Shown here: in pieces, positions 1-7,056 of the stretch
Layout: each line of letters begins with the position of its first letter
How positions within the stretch are numbered: the stretch's first letter is position 1
DNA from: a virus
Strand: one strand, 5' to 3'
Length of the DNA: 40,556 nucleotides
Virus record (IMG/VR): IMGVR_UViG_3300027852_000084
Location: 1-40,556 of that record
The notes under the pieces: model-generated
What the model saw: the letters and a program-made list of their open reading frames with translations, nothing else
The model's database searches: none
Told to the model about the DNA's origin: nothing
Made by a program: the position numbers and the translations under genes

Positions 1-621
<621 letters not shown>

Positions 622-674
622 GGTTTTCTCCTTTAGTTAGCGAGCCTTTTAAAGCCGTGCTCAGGGCTGGGGAG

Positions 675-1022
675 TTAGTCTTCTGCGTGTTCTTCTTGGG
701 CCATACGAAGAAGCGAATCGTTGACTTTTTTCTGAATCGAGGCCATCGCTATAGCGCGCATCATGTTTGTTGCGTTTTGGTCTGCGCTTTCGGCTTCTGC
801 GTTCAGGTTGGCGATGATTTCGGCGATATCGTTTGACAGCTCGTAGCCATCATCAATGATCGCGTCATTGATCAAATCTTCGTCTTTTCTGTTTTCCTGA
901 AACGTCCGCTCTATGGCCTCATCGCGCTCATCCATTTCGGCTTGCTGCGCGTCGGTCAGCTCGTGTGGGTTTCGGTCGTCGGTTATTCTGTCAATCATGC
1001 TGTCGGTTAAATTGTTGCTCAT
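675..1022 (-). CDS. hypothetical early protein, strongly acidic (about 30 Asp/Glu and about 10 Lys/Arg in 115 aa)
   Basis: ORF track. AAGGAG (1036-1031, - strand) lies 8 nt upstream of the ATG at 1022. Confidence 0.7.
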   Translation of the reverse strand: MSNNLTDSMIDRITDDRNPHELTDAQQAEMDERDEAIERTFQENRKDEDLINDAIIDDGYELSNDIAEIIANLNAEAESADQNATNMMRAIAMASIQKKVNDSLLRMAQEEHAED

Positions 1023-1074
1023 TTTCCGTTCTCCTTAGTTATGTTCTGCTGACTACTTTAGCAATATATTTCAA

Positions 1075-1257
1075 CTAATCAAGAGGATTATTGTAATTAA
1101 TTGCATATTTATTAGTTAACAGTCCAAACACAAAAAGAACCAGCCCGGCACCAAGCGGCGCGTTTATCACCCACCAGGGAAAATCAACATCGCCGGTTAG
1201 CTTCAGGGTGATGAATAGCGCGCCCATTAGATAGAGGCTGAATTCGTTCTTGCTCAT
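1075..1257 (-). CDS. small membrane protein, paralog of 1254..1454
   Basis: Shares the motif FITLKLTG...W-WW-I--PL with its neighbour. Two hydrophobic segments. ATGA overlap with the upstream stop. Confidence 0.65.
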   Translation of the reverse strand: MSKNEFSLYLMGALFITLKLTGDVDFPWWVINAPLGAGLVLFVFGLLTNKYAINYNNPLD

Positions 1258-1454
1258 TTAGTTAACAACGTAACGACGCCAGCAAACAGCAGCACGAAAA
1301 CCAAAATAACCAATAAGAAAGCAAAGCCCCCCCACAATGGGGACGTAATCAGCCACCATGACCAGCTTATTACCCCGGTAAGTTTTAGCGTTATAAAAAC
1401 GATGGCTAAAAGACCGAAAACCCCGATACCACCACTAGAATTGTTGTCGCTCAT
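1254..1454 (-). CDS. small membrane protein, paralog of 1075..1257
   Basis: IVFITLKLTGVISWSWWLITSPLW motif. AGGAG upstream of the ATG at 1454. Confidence 0.65.
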   Translation of the reverse strand: MSDNNSSGGIGVFGLLAIVFITLKLTGVISWSWWLITSPLWGGFAFLLVILVFVLLFAGVVTLLTK

Positions 1455-1465
1455 TTCACTTGCTC

Positions 1466-1666
1466 CTATTTACAGTCTTTTTGATTTATTAAATGTTCAG
1501 TTCTAACCATTTTGCACACGGTGTCGGTAACCATCTGCTCATATGCCATTGAATAATTCAACCACCTGCTCGACTTAAACCCTCCGTAAACCAGCAAACC
1601 ACCGACGATAAAGACAAAACAAATAGCGGCAAAGCCAAATAAAGCATCCTTAATTTTTGTTTTCAC
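1466..1666 (-). CDS. small membrane protein (one N-terminal TM segment)
   Basis: GTG start at 1666 overlaps the upstream TGA (GTGA). The SD GAGGTGG is embedded in the upstream gene's 3' end. Hydrophobic FGFAAICFVFIVGGLLVYGG. Confidence 0.6.
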   Translation of the reverse strand: MKTKIKDALFGFAAICFVFIVGGLLVYGGFKSSRWLNYSMAYEQMVTDTVCKMVRTEHLINQKDCK

Positions 1667-2046
1667 TTTTCCACCTCTGCTGATTTTGTTCGTGGCGAGA
1701 ATTTAACAAAAGAACCATTAATCATTCTCGATCCGAGCTTGCCTGACCCTATCGCCCTTCCTTCACAAGTAGCACAAACTATTTGCCCTTGTGGTACTTC
1801 GCTATATAGCATTGCGTTTTTCCGTTGCCTTTTTTTGCTGCCAAGAAACCCACTGTTGCCGCACCAAAAAGTAACGCTGGTATGAGAATATCTGCCTTCC
1901 ATTGTGTGAATTCTTGCGTATCGAACACGGTGGAAATATTTCCCTAGCTGACCGTTAAAAAATGGCAATGATGCGGTTATGTTCACATGGCCTAGATGGG
2001 GCGGAAGATAACTGCTGTCATCTTCAACATTGAGTCTGACTTTCAC
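1663..2046 (-). CDS. hypothetical protein, 127 aa
   Basis: ORF track. GTG start in a GTGA overlap with the upstream stop, with GGAGG 8 nt upstream. Confidence 0.6.
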   Translation of the reverse strand: MKVRLNVEDDSSYLPPHLGHVNITASLPFFNGQLGKYFHRVRYARIHTMEGRYSHTSVTFWCGNSGFLGSKKRQRKNAMLYSEVPQGQIVCATCEGRAIGSGKLGSRMINGSFVKFSPRTKSAEVEK

Positions 2047-2249
2047 GTTTCAACCTCCGCACTAATCCGCAGCCGTTTAGCCATTCGACGGGCTCCGCGC
2101 AGGGCAGCGTGAAACGTGGTGTAAGCTGTCACTTTTCGCATCCCCGTGAACTTTATCGAGGAATCGCTTCTTAGGTAAATTTCCCACCAATAGCATTTAT
2201 CGAAGCACCCGTTGTATTCGACGGCAATAACCCAAGTCGATTTATTCAC
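2043..2249 (-). CDS. hypothetical protein, 68 aa (start moved to GTG 2249)
   Basis: GTG at 2249 forms a GTGA overlap with the stop of 2246..2419 and lies 7 nt after AAGGAGG. The ATG at 2276 in the track would overlap the upstream gene by 31 nt. Confidence 0.55.
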   Translation of the reverse strand: MNKSTWVIAVEYNGCFDKCYWWEIYLRSDSSIKFTGMRKVTAYTTFHAALRGARRMAKRLRISAEVET

Positions 2250-2419
2250 CCGTTCGCCTCCTTGTAATCGATACATTCGTTAAGGGCCATGTCTAGCGAC
2301 TCCATCAAGTGCTGAGCATCGTAAATGCTTACCTCTCTAACATCACCCTCACCTAGCGTGATAACGATCTTATGAGGCTGTAGCGGGCTTGTGGGGCGCT
2401 CGTAGACTGCGGTTTTCAT
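2246..2419 (-). CDS. hypothetical protein, 57 aa (MKTAVYERPTS...)
   Basis: The internal ATG at 2419 forms an ATGA overlap with the stop of the 43-aa membrane ORF. The longer version in the track would overprint that ORF. Confidence 0.5.
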   Translation of the reverse strand: MKTAVYERPTSPLQPHKIVITLGEGDVREVSIYDAQHLMESLDMALNECIDYKEANG

Positions 2420-2547
2420 AGCCACACCAACCCAAGGACAGCCAGCCCGACAACGCACAGGCTGCCCATCAGCCATTTAATGCTGAAAACTGGTCTATCG
2501 GTGAATGGGTCGTGGATCGGGTTTCTCTTCGTCGCCTGCTTTTTCAT
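2416..2547 (-). CDS. 43-aa membrane protein (MKKQATKRNPIHDPFTDRPVFSIKWLMGSLCVVGLAVLGLVWL)
   Basis: Below the track's size cutoff. ATG at 2547 forms an ATGA overlap with the stop of 2544..3287. Basic N-terminus followed by a C-terminal TM segment. Confidence 0.55.
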   Translation of the reverse strand: MKKQATKRNPIHDPFTDRPVFSIKWLMGSLCVVGLAVLGLVWL

Positions 2548-3287
2548 TTTTCCACCTCTCTATATTTCAAACCGTGCAGATCGGCCAGCGCTTTTGCAGA
2601 CTCCATCAGGGCCATAGTGGCCCGCCGATCTTCGCTGTGATTGCCCCAATGATCTAGTGCGTCCTGCAAACAAAACCAGCGGCAACCGGCCCCGATGTAG
2701 GCGACGCCGTTAAGGTCGCACAGGACTTTTCTATATAGGTCTGCTGATCCTATGTCATTGATTGCGGTGGCCCATTTACCGATTGTGGCCCATTCACCGA
2801 TTGTGGCCCATTCACCGATTGTGGCCCATTTACCGATTGTGGCCCATTCACCGATTGTGGCCCGGTCACCGATTTTGGCCCCTTCACCGATTGCGGCCCC
2901 TTTACCGATTGTGGCCCGGTCACCGATTGTGACCCCTTCACCGATTGCGGCCCCTTTACCGATTGCGGCCCGGTTACCGATTTTGGCCCCTTCACCGATT
3001 GCGGCCTCTTCACCGATTGCGGCCCCTTTACCGATTCTGGCCCATTCACCGATTGTGACCCCTTCACCGATTGTGACCCCTTCACCGATTGCGGCCCCTT
3101 CACCGATTGCGGCCCATTCACCGATTGCGGCCCCTTTACCGATTGCGGCCCCTTTGCCGATGATCATCCGCCGCCCTGCCTCTAGCGGATATAAACCATC
3201 TGGGACAATCGAGAATCGACCATCTTTAATCCATGTTGAAGTATCGTGAATCGTGCCTTTTTGGTCTGAGTAGTTAAGTTTTAACAT
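2544..3287 (-). CDS. hexapeptide-repeat (left-handed beta-helix-type) protein: 42-aa N-region, 22 x IGxxxx, about 73-aa C-domain
   Basis: This is the only frame that extends into unique flanks. AAGGAG lies upstream of the ATG at 3287. Repeat residues include IGKGAA, IGEWAT, IGEGVT and similar. Confidence 0.8.
   Translation of the reverse strand: MLKLNYSDQKGTIHDTSTWIKDGRFSIVPDGLYPLEAGRRMIIGKGAAIGKGAAIGEWAAIGEGAAIGEGVTIGEGVTIGEWARIGKGAAIGEEAAIGEGAKIGNRAAIGKGAAIGEGVTIGDRATIGKGAAIGEGAKIGDRATIGEWATIGKWATIGEWATIGEWATIGKWATAINDIGSADLYRKVLCDLNGVAYIGAGCRWFCLQDALDHWGNHSEDRRATMALMESAKALADLHGLKYREVEK
2766..3161. repeat. 22 tandem copies of an 18-bp unit (+ strand ccgattgYggcccMtt[ct]ac-like)
   Basis: Counted directly: ccgatt recurs every 18 nt from 2778 to 3138. 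The tract corresponds to aa 43-174 of the 247-aa ORF. Confidence 0.95.
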
Positions 3288-3314
3288 TCCGTTCTCCTTG
3301 TGTGATTTAGGTTC

Positions 3315-3343
3315 AATTTAAACCATGCTATCGGCAAATGCAA
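3315..3343 (-). promoter_or_regulatory. candidate leftward early promoter (-35 TTGCAT, 17-nt spacer, -10 TAAATT)
   Basis: - strand hexamers at 3343-3338 and 3320-3315, about 30 nt upstream of the SD and ATG of 2544..3287. Confidence 0.5.
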
Positions 3344-3359
3344 ACTTTTAAAAAACTAA

Positions 3360-3387
3360 TTGCAAATTAAAGCCAAGATGGTAAGAT
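3360..3387 (+). promoter_or_regulatory. candidate rightward early promoter (-35 TTGCAA, 16-nt spacer, -10 TAAGAT)
   Basis: Hexamers at 3360-3365 and 3382-3387. The predicted start site coincides with the ATG at 3395. Confidence 0.5.
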
Positions 3388-3394
3388 TTGCGGC

Positions 3395-3664
3395 ATGACT
3401 AAAAAAATGGAAGCTAAGCTAAGAGTGGCCGCTAAAAGGTTCGTTAGAGATTTTGGCGGCGGAACTGAGATTTCAGGCAGGTTGAACGCTGCCATTATAA
3501 ATGAAGGAGGTAAGCCTATAACCCCGCAAGCCGTGCGAAACTGGGCGATAAAAGGGAAGATTCCGCACAAGCGTCTAGCCCTGATAGAGCAAGTTTATGG
3601 CGTAAAGCCGGGAATGCTGAGGCCGGATAGGGTTTGGGTTAAGCCAACTAACAAGGAGGTTTGA
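3395..3664 (+). CDS. Cro/YdaS-like helix-turn-helix regulator
   Basis: GGTEISGRLNAAIINEGGKPITPQAVRNWAIKGKIPHKRLALIE resembles small phage Cro/YdaS-type HTH proteins. It is the first gene of the rightward arm. Confidence 0.6.
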   Translation: MTKKMEAKLRVAAKRFVRDFGGGTEISGRLNAAIINEGGKPITPQAVRNWAIKGKIPHKRLALIEQVYGVKPGMLRPDRVWVKPTNKEV

Positions 3665-3667
3665 ACC

Positions 3668-3838
3668 ATGAAATTTATTGGTAAATATTTGAGATTCGTC
3701 GTGATTGGGGCGATTCCAGCGGTTCTCGCTGGATATACAGCCACCCAATGGCAGTGGTGGGCATCGTGCGCGCCTCTATGGATTGGCGTTTGGCTGCGTG
3801 ATTTTTGCCTGCTCTATCAAGTTGATTGGGGGCTATAA
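3668..3838 (+). CDS. 56-aa membrane protein (MKFIGKYLRFVVIGAIPAVLAGY...)
   Basis: AAGGAGG (3652-3658) precedes the ATG at 3668. Two hydrophobic stretches. Below the track's cutoff. Confidence 0.55.
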   Translation: MKFIGKYLRFVVIGAIPAVLAGYTATQWQWWASCAPLWIGVWLRDFCLLYQVDWGL

Positions 3839-3854
3839 CCAAAGGAGATTGAAA

Positions 3855-4091
3855 ATGGCTGAAGATAATATGAGCTATAGAATGACTATTTTCCCAGCAA
3901 TGGAAGAAACCAATGAATCAAAGGTCTTTTTATTTGAATCTGTCGAGCAGATGATTTCTGGCAAAGATGTAGCGGCAGATTTGCTGATTTTTTTGCAAGA
4001 CGATTTAGGGCTGATGCGGGACTACTCCAATTGTTTCTTACTGGAAGAATGGCATGTCGATGAAGGATGGGTTGAGCACGAAGAGAATTAG
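3855..4091 (+). CDS. hypothetical acidic protein, 78 aa
   Basis: The internal ATG at 3855 is preceded by AAGGAG. The GTG-3705 version in the track overlaps 3668..3838. Confidence 0.55.
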   Translation: MAEDNMSYRMTIFPAMEETNESKVFLFESVEQMISGKDVAADLLIFLQDDLGLMRDYSNCFLLEEWHVDEGWVEHEEN

Positions 4092-4126
4092 CAACGCCCC
4101 CACCAGGGCTAACTTAGGAGAATGAT

Positions 4127-4336
4127 GTGAAAAAAGTAATAGCCCCGTTCTCACCAGATGAGGTTAATTGCCTCGTTTACCGCCAATTAGATACATCAAG
4201 ACACCCATATACTTGCGGCGGGTGTAGGCCGGCCAAGTTATTGCACCCCACAAATGAAGGACTGAAGTGTTGTTATTGCGGCGAAAATCAAACATGGGCA
4301 CATAAGGCAGACACCGAATATTACATGGTAAAATAG
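4127..4336 (+). CDS. small Cys-rich (zinc-ribbon-like) protein
   Basis: GTG start follows AGGAGAA. Cys pairs at TCGGC and CCYCG. Confidence 0.5.
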   Translation: MKKVIAPFSPDEVNCLVYRQLDTSRHPYTCGGCRPAKLLHPTNEGLKCCYCGENQTWAHKADTEYYMVK

Positions 4337-4586
4337 CGACGCGCCGAAAGGTGAAACTGGTCTAGGCTAGCTACCGAATCGCGGAAGTCGTTACTCCGCT
4401 TGACCAGTTAATTACAATTTAGATCGCGCCGTGACAGCGCAAAGCAAAAAAGAGTAACTAGACGGAGGCAAATATTAAAGCCTCTAAAGTCTGATTGGCC
4501 CTTTGGGAGCCTTCAGATCAACCTATGATCATTCCGTCGGGCTATACGTCACTCCGGGGGGCTGATCAGACCTTAGAGGCGTTGAT

Positions 4587-5126
4587 ATGCCAAAAAGAAA
4601 AAGCATCGGTAAAAAGTTACGTTTTGAAATATTCAAGCGCGACCTTTTCACTTGTCAATATTGCGGTTCAACACCTCCGGCTGTTGTTTTGCAAGTTGAT
4701 CACATTATCCCGGTTGCCAGCGGCGGCGAAAACACAGAAACAAACCTGATAACCGCTTGCCAGGGATGCAACCAAGGGAAGGGGGCTGTATCGCTATCAG
4801 AGTCTCCTGAAACTCTGGCTAAGAAAACCGAGCTTAGAGAAGAGAAGCGGGAGCAGTTAAAGGCGTTTGAGCTAATGCTTAAGCTAGAAAAATCTAGGCT
4901 AACAAGAAATACCAATCAACTTGAATCCTACTTTGCAGAACAATCTAACTGTGGATTCAGCGATTCATTTAAGGTTTCTGTTAAGCGGTTTTTTGAACGG
5001 CTACCAAAGCAAAAGGTTTTTGATGCTATGGAGATAGCCGTAGCAAGGGGGCTAGATGCCGAGGCAACGCTAAAATATTTTTGCGGCGTATGTTGGAGCA
5101 TGATCAAGGAGAAAGATCATGCCTAG
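4587..5126 (+). CDS. HNH endonuclease
   Basis: FTCQYCG...LQVDHIIPVASGGENTETNLITACQGCNQGKG is a canonical HNH motif. Confidence 0.85.
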   Translation: MPKRKSIGKKLRFEIFKRDLFTCQYCGSTPPAVVLQVDHIIPVASGGENTETNLITACQGCNQGKGAVSLSESPETLAKKTELREEKREQLKAFELMLKLEKSRLTRNTNQLESYFAEQSNCGFSDSFKVSVKRFFERLPKQKVFDAMEIAVARGLDAEATLKYFCGVCWSMIKEKDHA

Positions 5127-5961
5127 ATCGCGGAACATAAAGCACGGATTCTTTACAAATGATGATCTAGCAGAAGTGCCGCCACTCGGGCGATTGTTGT
5201 TCATTGGCCTTTGGACTCTTGCCGACTTTAACGGCAACTTGGAATGGAAGCCGAAGCGCATAAAAGCTCAAATTCTTCCCTACGATGATTGTGATATTGA
5301 GAAACTCGGGATTTATCTCGATAAATCTGGATTTATCTCGATCTATTCGTTGAATGGTAATCGCTATGCAAATATCACCAACTTCGACAAACATCAGAGA
5401 CCACACATAAACGAAAAGAAAAAAGGAACTGACATACCAGAGTTTGACGGGGCTCGAACGCAAGTGATTGATTCTAAAGGTGTCGGTACAAATCCCGATT
5501 CAATCGGTTCAAGTAGCGAACTAATCGGTACAAATACGCCTGATTCCTGTTCCCTGATCCCTGATTCCTGTTCCCCTAATCCTGATCACCTAATCCCTGA
5601 TTCCTCTGACAAACCAAGTTCAAAACAAACGCCGGACAAGCCCGACGATATTAAAAAAATACCGCCTAAAATTTCAGACGTTCGTGATTACATGGCTGAA
5701 CGGGAGTTTGCAGACCCTGGAGGCGAATCTGAAAAATTCTGTGATTTCTACGAATCGAACGGGTGGAAGGTCGGCAAAAACAAAATGAAGTCTTGGCAGG
5801 CTTCCGTTAGAAACTGGCAAAAGAACGTTTCTACCAGAAACGGATTCAACAAAGAGCCGGAAACGGTAGATCAATTCGTAAGCAGGGCAACCGCAGCCGG
5901 TGAGCGGTTACAGGCTAGGCTAGATCAACGTGATGAAACGGGAGCGGCTGGCAATGGATAA
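5119..5961 (+). CDS. putative replication initiator / replisome-organizer-like protein
   Basis: The N-terminus (IKHGFFTNDDL...LLFIGLWTLAD...NFDKHQ) and C-terminus (EKFCDFYESNGWKVGKNKMKSWQASVRNWQKN) resemble phage replication-organizer proteins. Iteron-like repeats lie in the linker. Confidence 0.55.
   Translation: MPRSRNIKHGFFTNDDLAEVPPLGRLLFIGLWTLADFNGNLEWKPKRIKAQILPYDDCDIEKLGIYLDKSGFISIYSLNGNRYANITNFDKHQRPHINEKKKGTDIPEFDGARTQVIDSKGVGTNPDSIGSSSELIGTNTPDSCSLIPDSCSPNPDHLIPDSSDKPSSKQTPDKPDDIKKIPPKISDVRDYMAEREFADPGGESEKFCDFYESNGWKVGKNKMKSWQASVRNWQKNVSTRNGFNKEPETVDQFVSRATAAGERLQARLDQRDETGAAGNG
5539..5607. repeat. iteron-like direct repeats (five CCTGAT cores; CCTGATTCCTGTTCCC twice)
   Basis: CCTGAT at 5539, 5553, 5560, 5581 and 5596. 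TCGGTACAAAT repeated at 5474 and 5525. An A/T-rich stretch lies at 5648-5680. Confidence 0.6.
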
Positions 5962-6583
5962 ATCAGACGGCGTTAAATTTGCTCAACTATGGGCCCTTGG
6001 TTATGAGAACTACGGCAAGACACCTAGCGACGCGCTGACAGAGTTAGCTTTTGACGTGCTATCCAACCATGGTTTTGACGATATTAGGCGCGCTGTTATG
6101 ACTCACATACAGACCAGCCCTTACGCGCCGAAGCCTTCTGACATAAACCAGCTAATCGGCGGCGATCCTGACAGCCGAAAACTAAAATCATGGACGATGG
6201 TAGAAGAAGCAATTCGTCGTGTTGGTGGATATGAATCGGTAGTTTTTCCAGATGCTGGAATTATGGCCGTGATTGATGAAATGGGTGGATGGGTGAAATT
6301 GTGCAGCGTCACCAATGAGGAACTGCCATTTATCCGCAATGAATTTGTGAAACGTTATGCGCCCTACCTGAACAAATCGCCGGACGAATACCCGCGTCGG
6401 TTGTCGGGTATAGCTGAACAGGCAAACCAGCTAACGCACCCTGACCACAAGCAACTGCCAAAACTGATCGGAGACCCAGAGCTGGCGAAATTGGTTTACC
6501 AAGGCGGCGGAGCGCCACGGCTAGCGGTTTCTGAAATGCCGCAATCAATCAAAAAACTAACGGAGAAATTAGATGTTAATTAA
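5954..6583 (+). CDS. hypothetical protein in the replication module, 209 aa
   Basis: The ATG at 5954 overlaps the upstream stop by 8 nt. Function not recognised. Confidence 0.6.
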   Translation: MDKSDGVKFAQLWALGYENYGKTPSDALTELAFDVLSNHGFDDIRRAVMTHIQTSPYAPKPSDINQLIGGDPDSRKLKSWTMVEEAIRRVGGYESVVFPDAGIMAVIDEMGGWVKLCSVTNEELPFIRNEFVKRYAPYLNKSPDEYPRRLSGIAEQANQLTHPDHKQLPKLIGDPELAKLVYQGGGAPRLAVSEMPQSIKKLTEKLDVN

Positions 6584-6740
6584 ATCACTAGCAGGATACG
6601 CAATATCTATGGGGCAAGGCAGCGCTTGGGTTCACCCTCAATCAAGATTGGCTAGCCCAACAATTCCACCGGGCAAAGCAAGGCCAGACCGCAAAAAGAA
6701 ACGCCGGGCACAGCGGGCGGCCAGGCGGTTGAACCGGTGA
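6573..6740 (+). CDS. 55-aa protein with a very basic C-terminus (…RPDRKKKRRAQRAARRLNR)
   Basis: GGAGAA lies 6 nt upstream of the ATG at 6573. Below the track's cutoff. Confidence 0.4.
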   Translation: MLIKSLAGYAISMGQGSAWVHPQSRLASPTIPPGKARPDRKKKRRAQRAARRLNR

Positions 6741-6743
6741 GCT

Positions 6744-6806
6744 CTTGATCTAACCAGCAATTAATTGCATTAACAGCTTGATCTAGTAGAAATATATATC
6801 TACACT
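6744..6806 (+). promoter_or_regulatory. candidate promoter/operator: CTTGATCTA direct repeat flanking the palindrome GCAATTAATTGC; -35 TTGATC / 17 nt / -10 TACACT
   Basis: CTTGATCTA at 6744-6752 and 6777-6785. Palindrome at 6757-6768. Hexamers at 6778-6783 and 6801-6806. Confidence 0.45.
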
Positions 6807-6839
6807 ACCCACAGACACCAACAAGGAGAACGAAGAATA

Positions 6840-7055
6840 ATGAACCCATTCACAAAAGCGGCGCAAGCCAAGGGATGGACAGGCGATGAAATTGCCGCTC
6901 TGTGGCGTGTAAGCGGGCGGCAGATTGCCAACGTAGCGTCGAACCCTAAACCGCGTGATTGGTACGCTCTTGCAGGCATGGAAAATAAATCAGGGCTGGT
7001 GCCCAGAAAGGTCGATTCTGGCTATCAAGTTCTGATGGGTAAATGGAGCGCTTGA
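6840..7055 (+). CDS. small HTH-like protein
   Basis: AAGGAGAA upstream. GWTGDEIAALWRVSGRQIANV looks like a helix-turn-helix. Confidence 0.5.
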   Translation: MNPFTKAAQAKGWTGDEIAALWRVSGRQIANVASNPKPRDWYALAGMENKSGLVPRKVDSGYQVLMGKWSA

Positions 7056-7056
7056 A

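Noticed and set aside
2766-3161. The regular 18-bp repeats could be mistaken for a CRISPR array.
   Set aside because: The units are contiguous with no spacers, are far shorter than CRISPR repeats, and lie in frame inside a coding sequence.
2750-3249. Track ORFs 2750..3121 (-) and 2752..3249 (+) overlap the 18-bp repeat.
   Set aside because: They are alternative frames that stay open only because of the repeat. They are almost entirely repetitive (SVKGPQ / PIVAHS units) and have no SD. Only 2544..3287 (-) extends well into unique flanks on both sides and has AAGGAG before its ATG.
3705-4091. 128-aa version of the ORF starting at GTG 3705.
   Set aside because: Its first 45 codons (3705..3838) overprint the SD-supported membrane ORF 3668..3838. 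The internal ATG at 3855 has an AAGGAG SD.
4337-4586. Structured 250-nt gap before the HNH gene (AACTGGTC...GACCAGTT enclosing GCGGA...TCCGC; GAGGC-N10-GCCTC), checked as a possible tRNA or ncRNA.
   Set aside because: There is no T-loop (GTTCRANYC) or cloverleaf spacing, and no terminator. It may be a promoter region or a mobile-HNH flank, but I cannot support a specific call.
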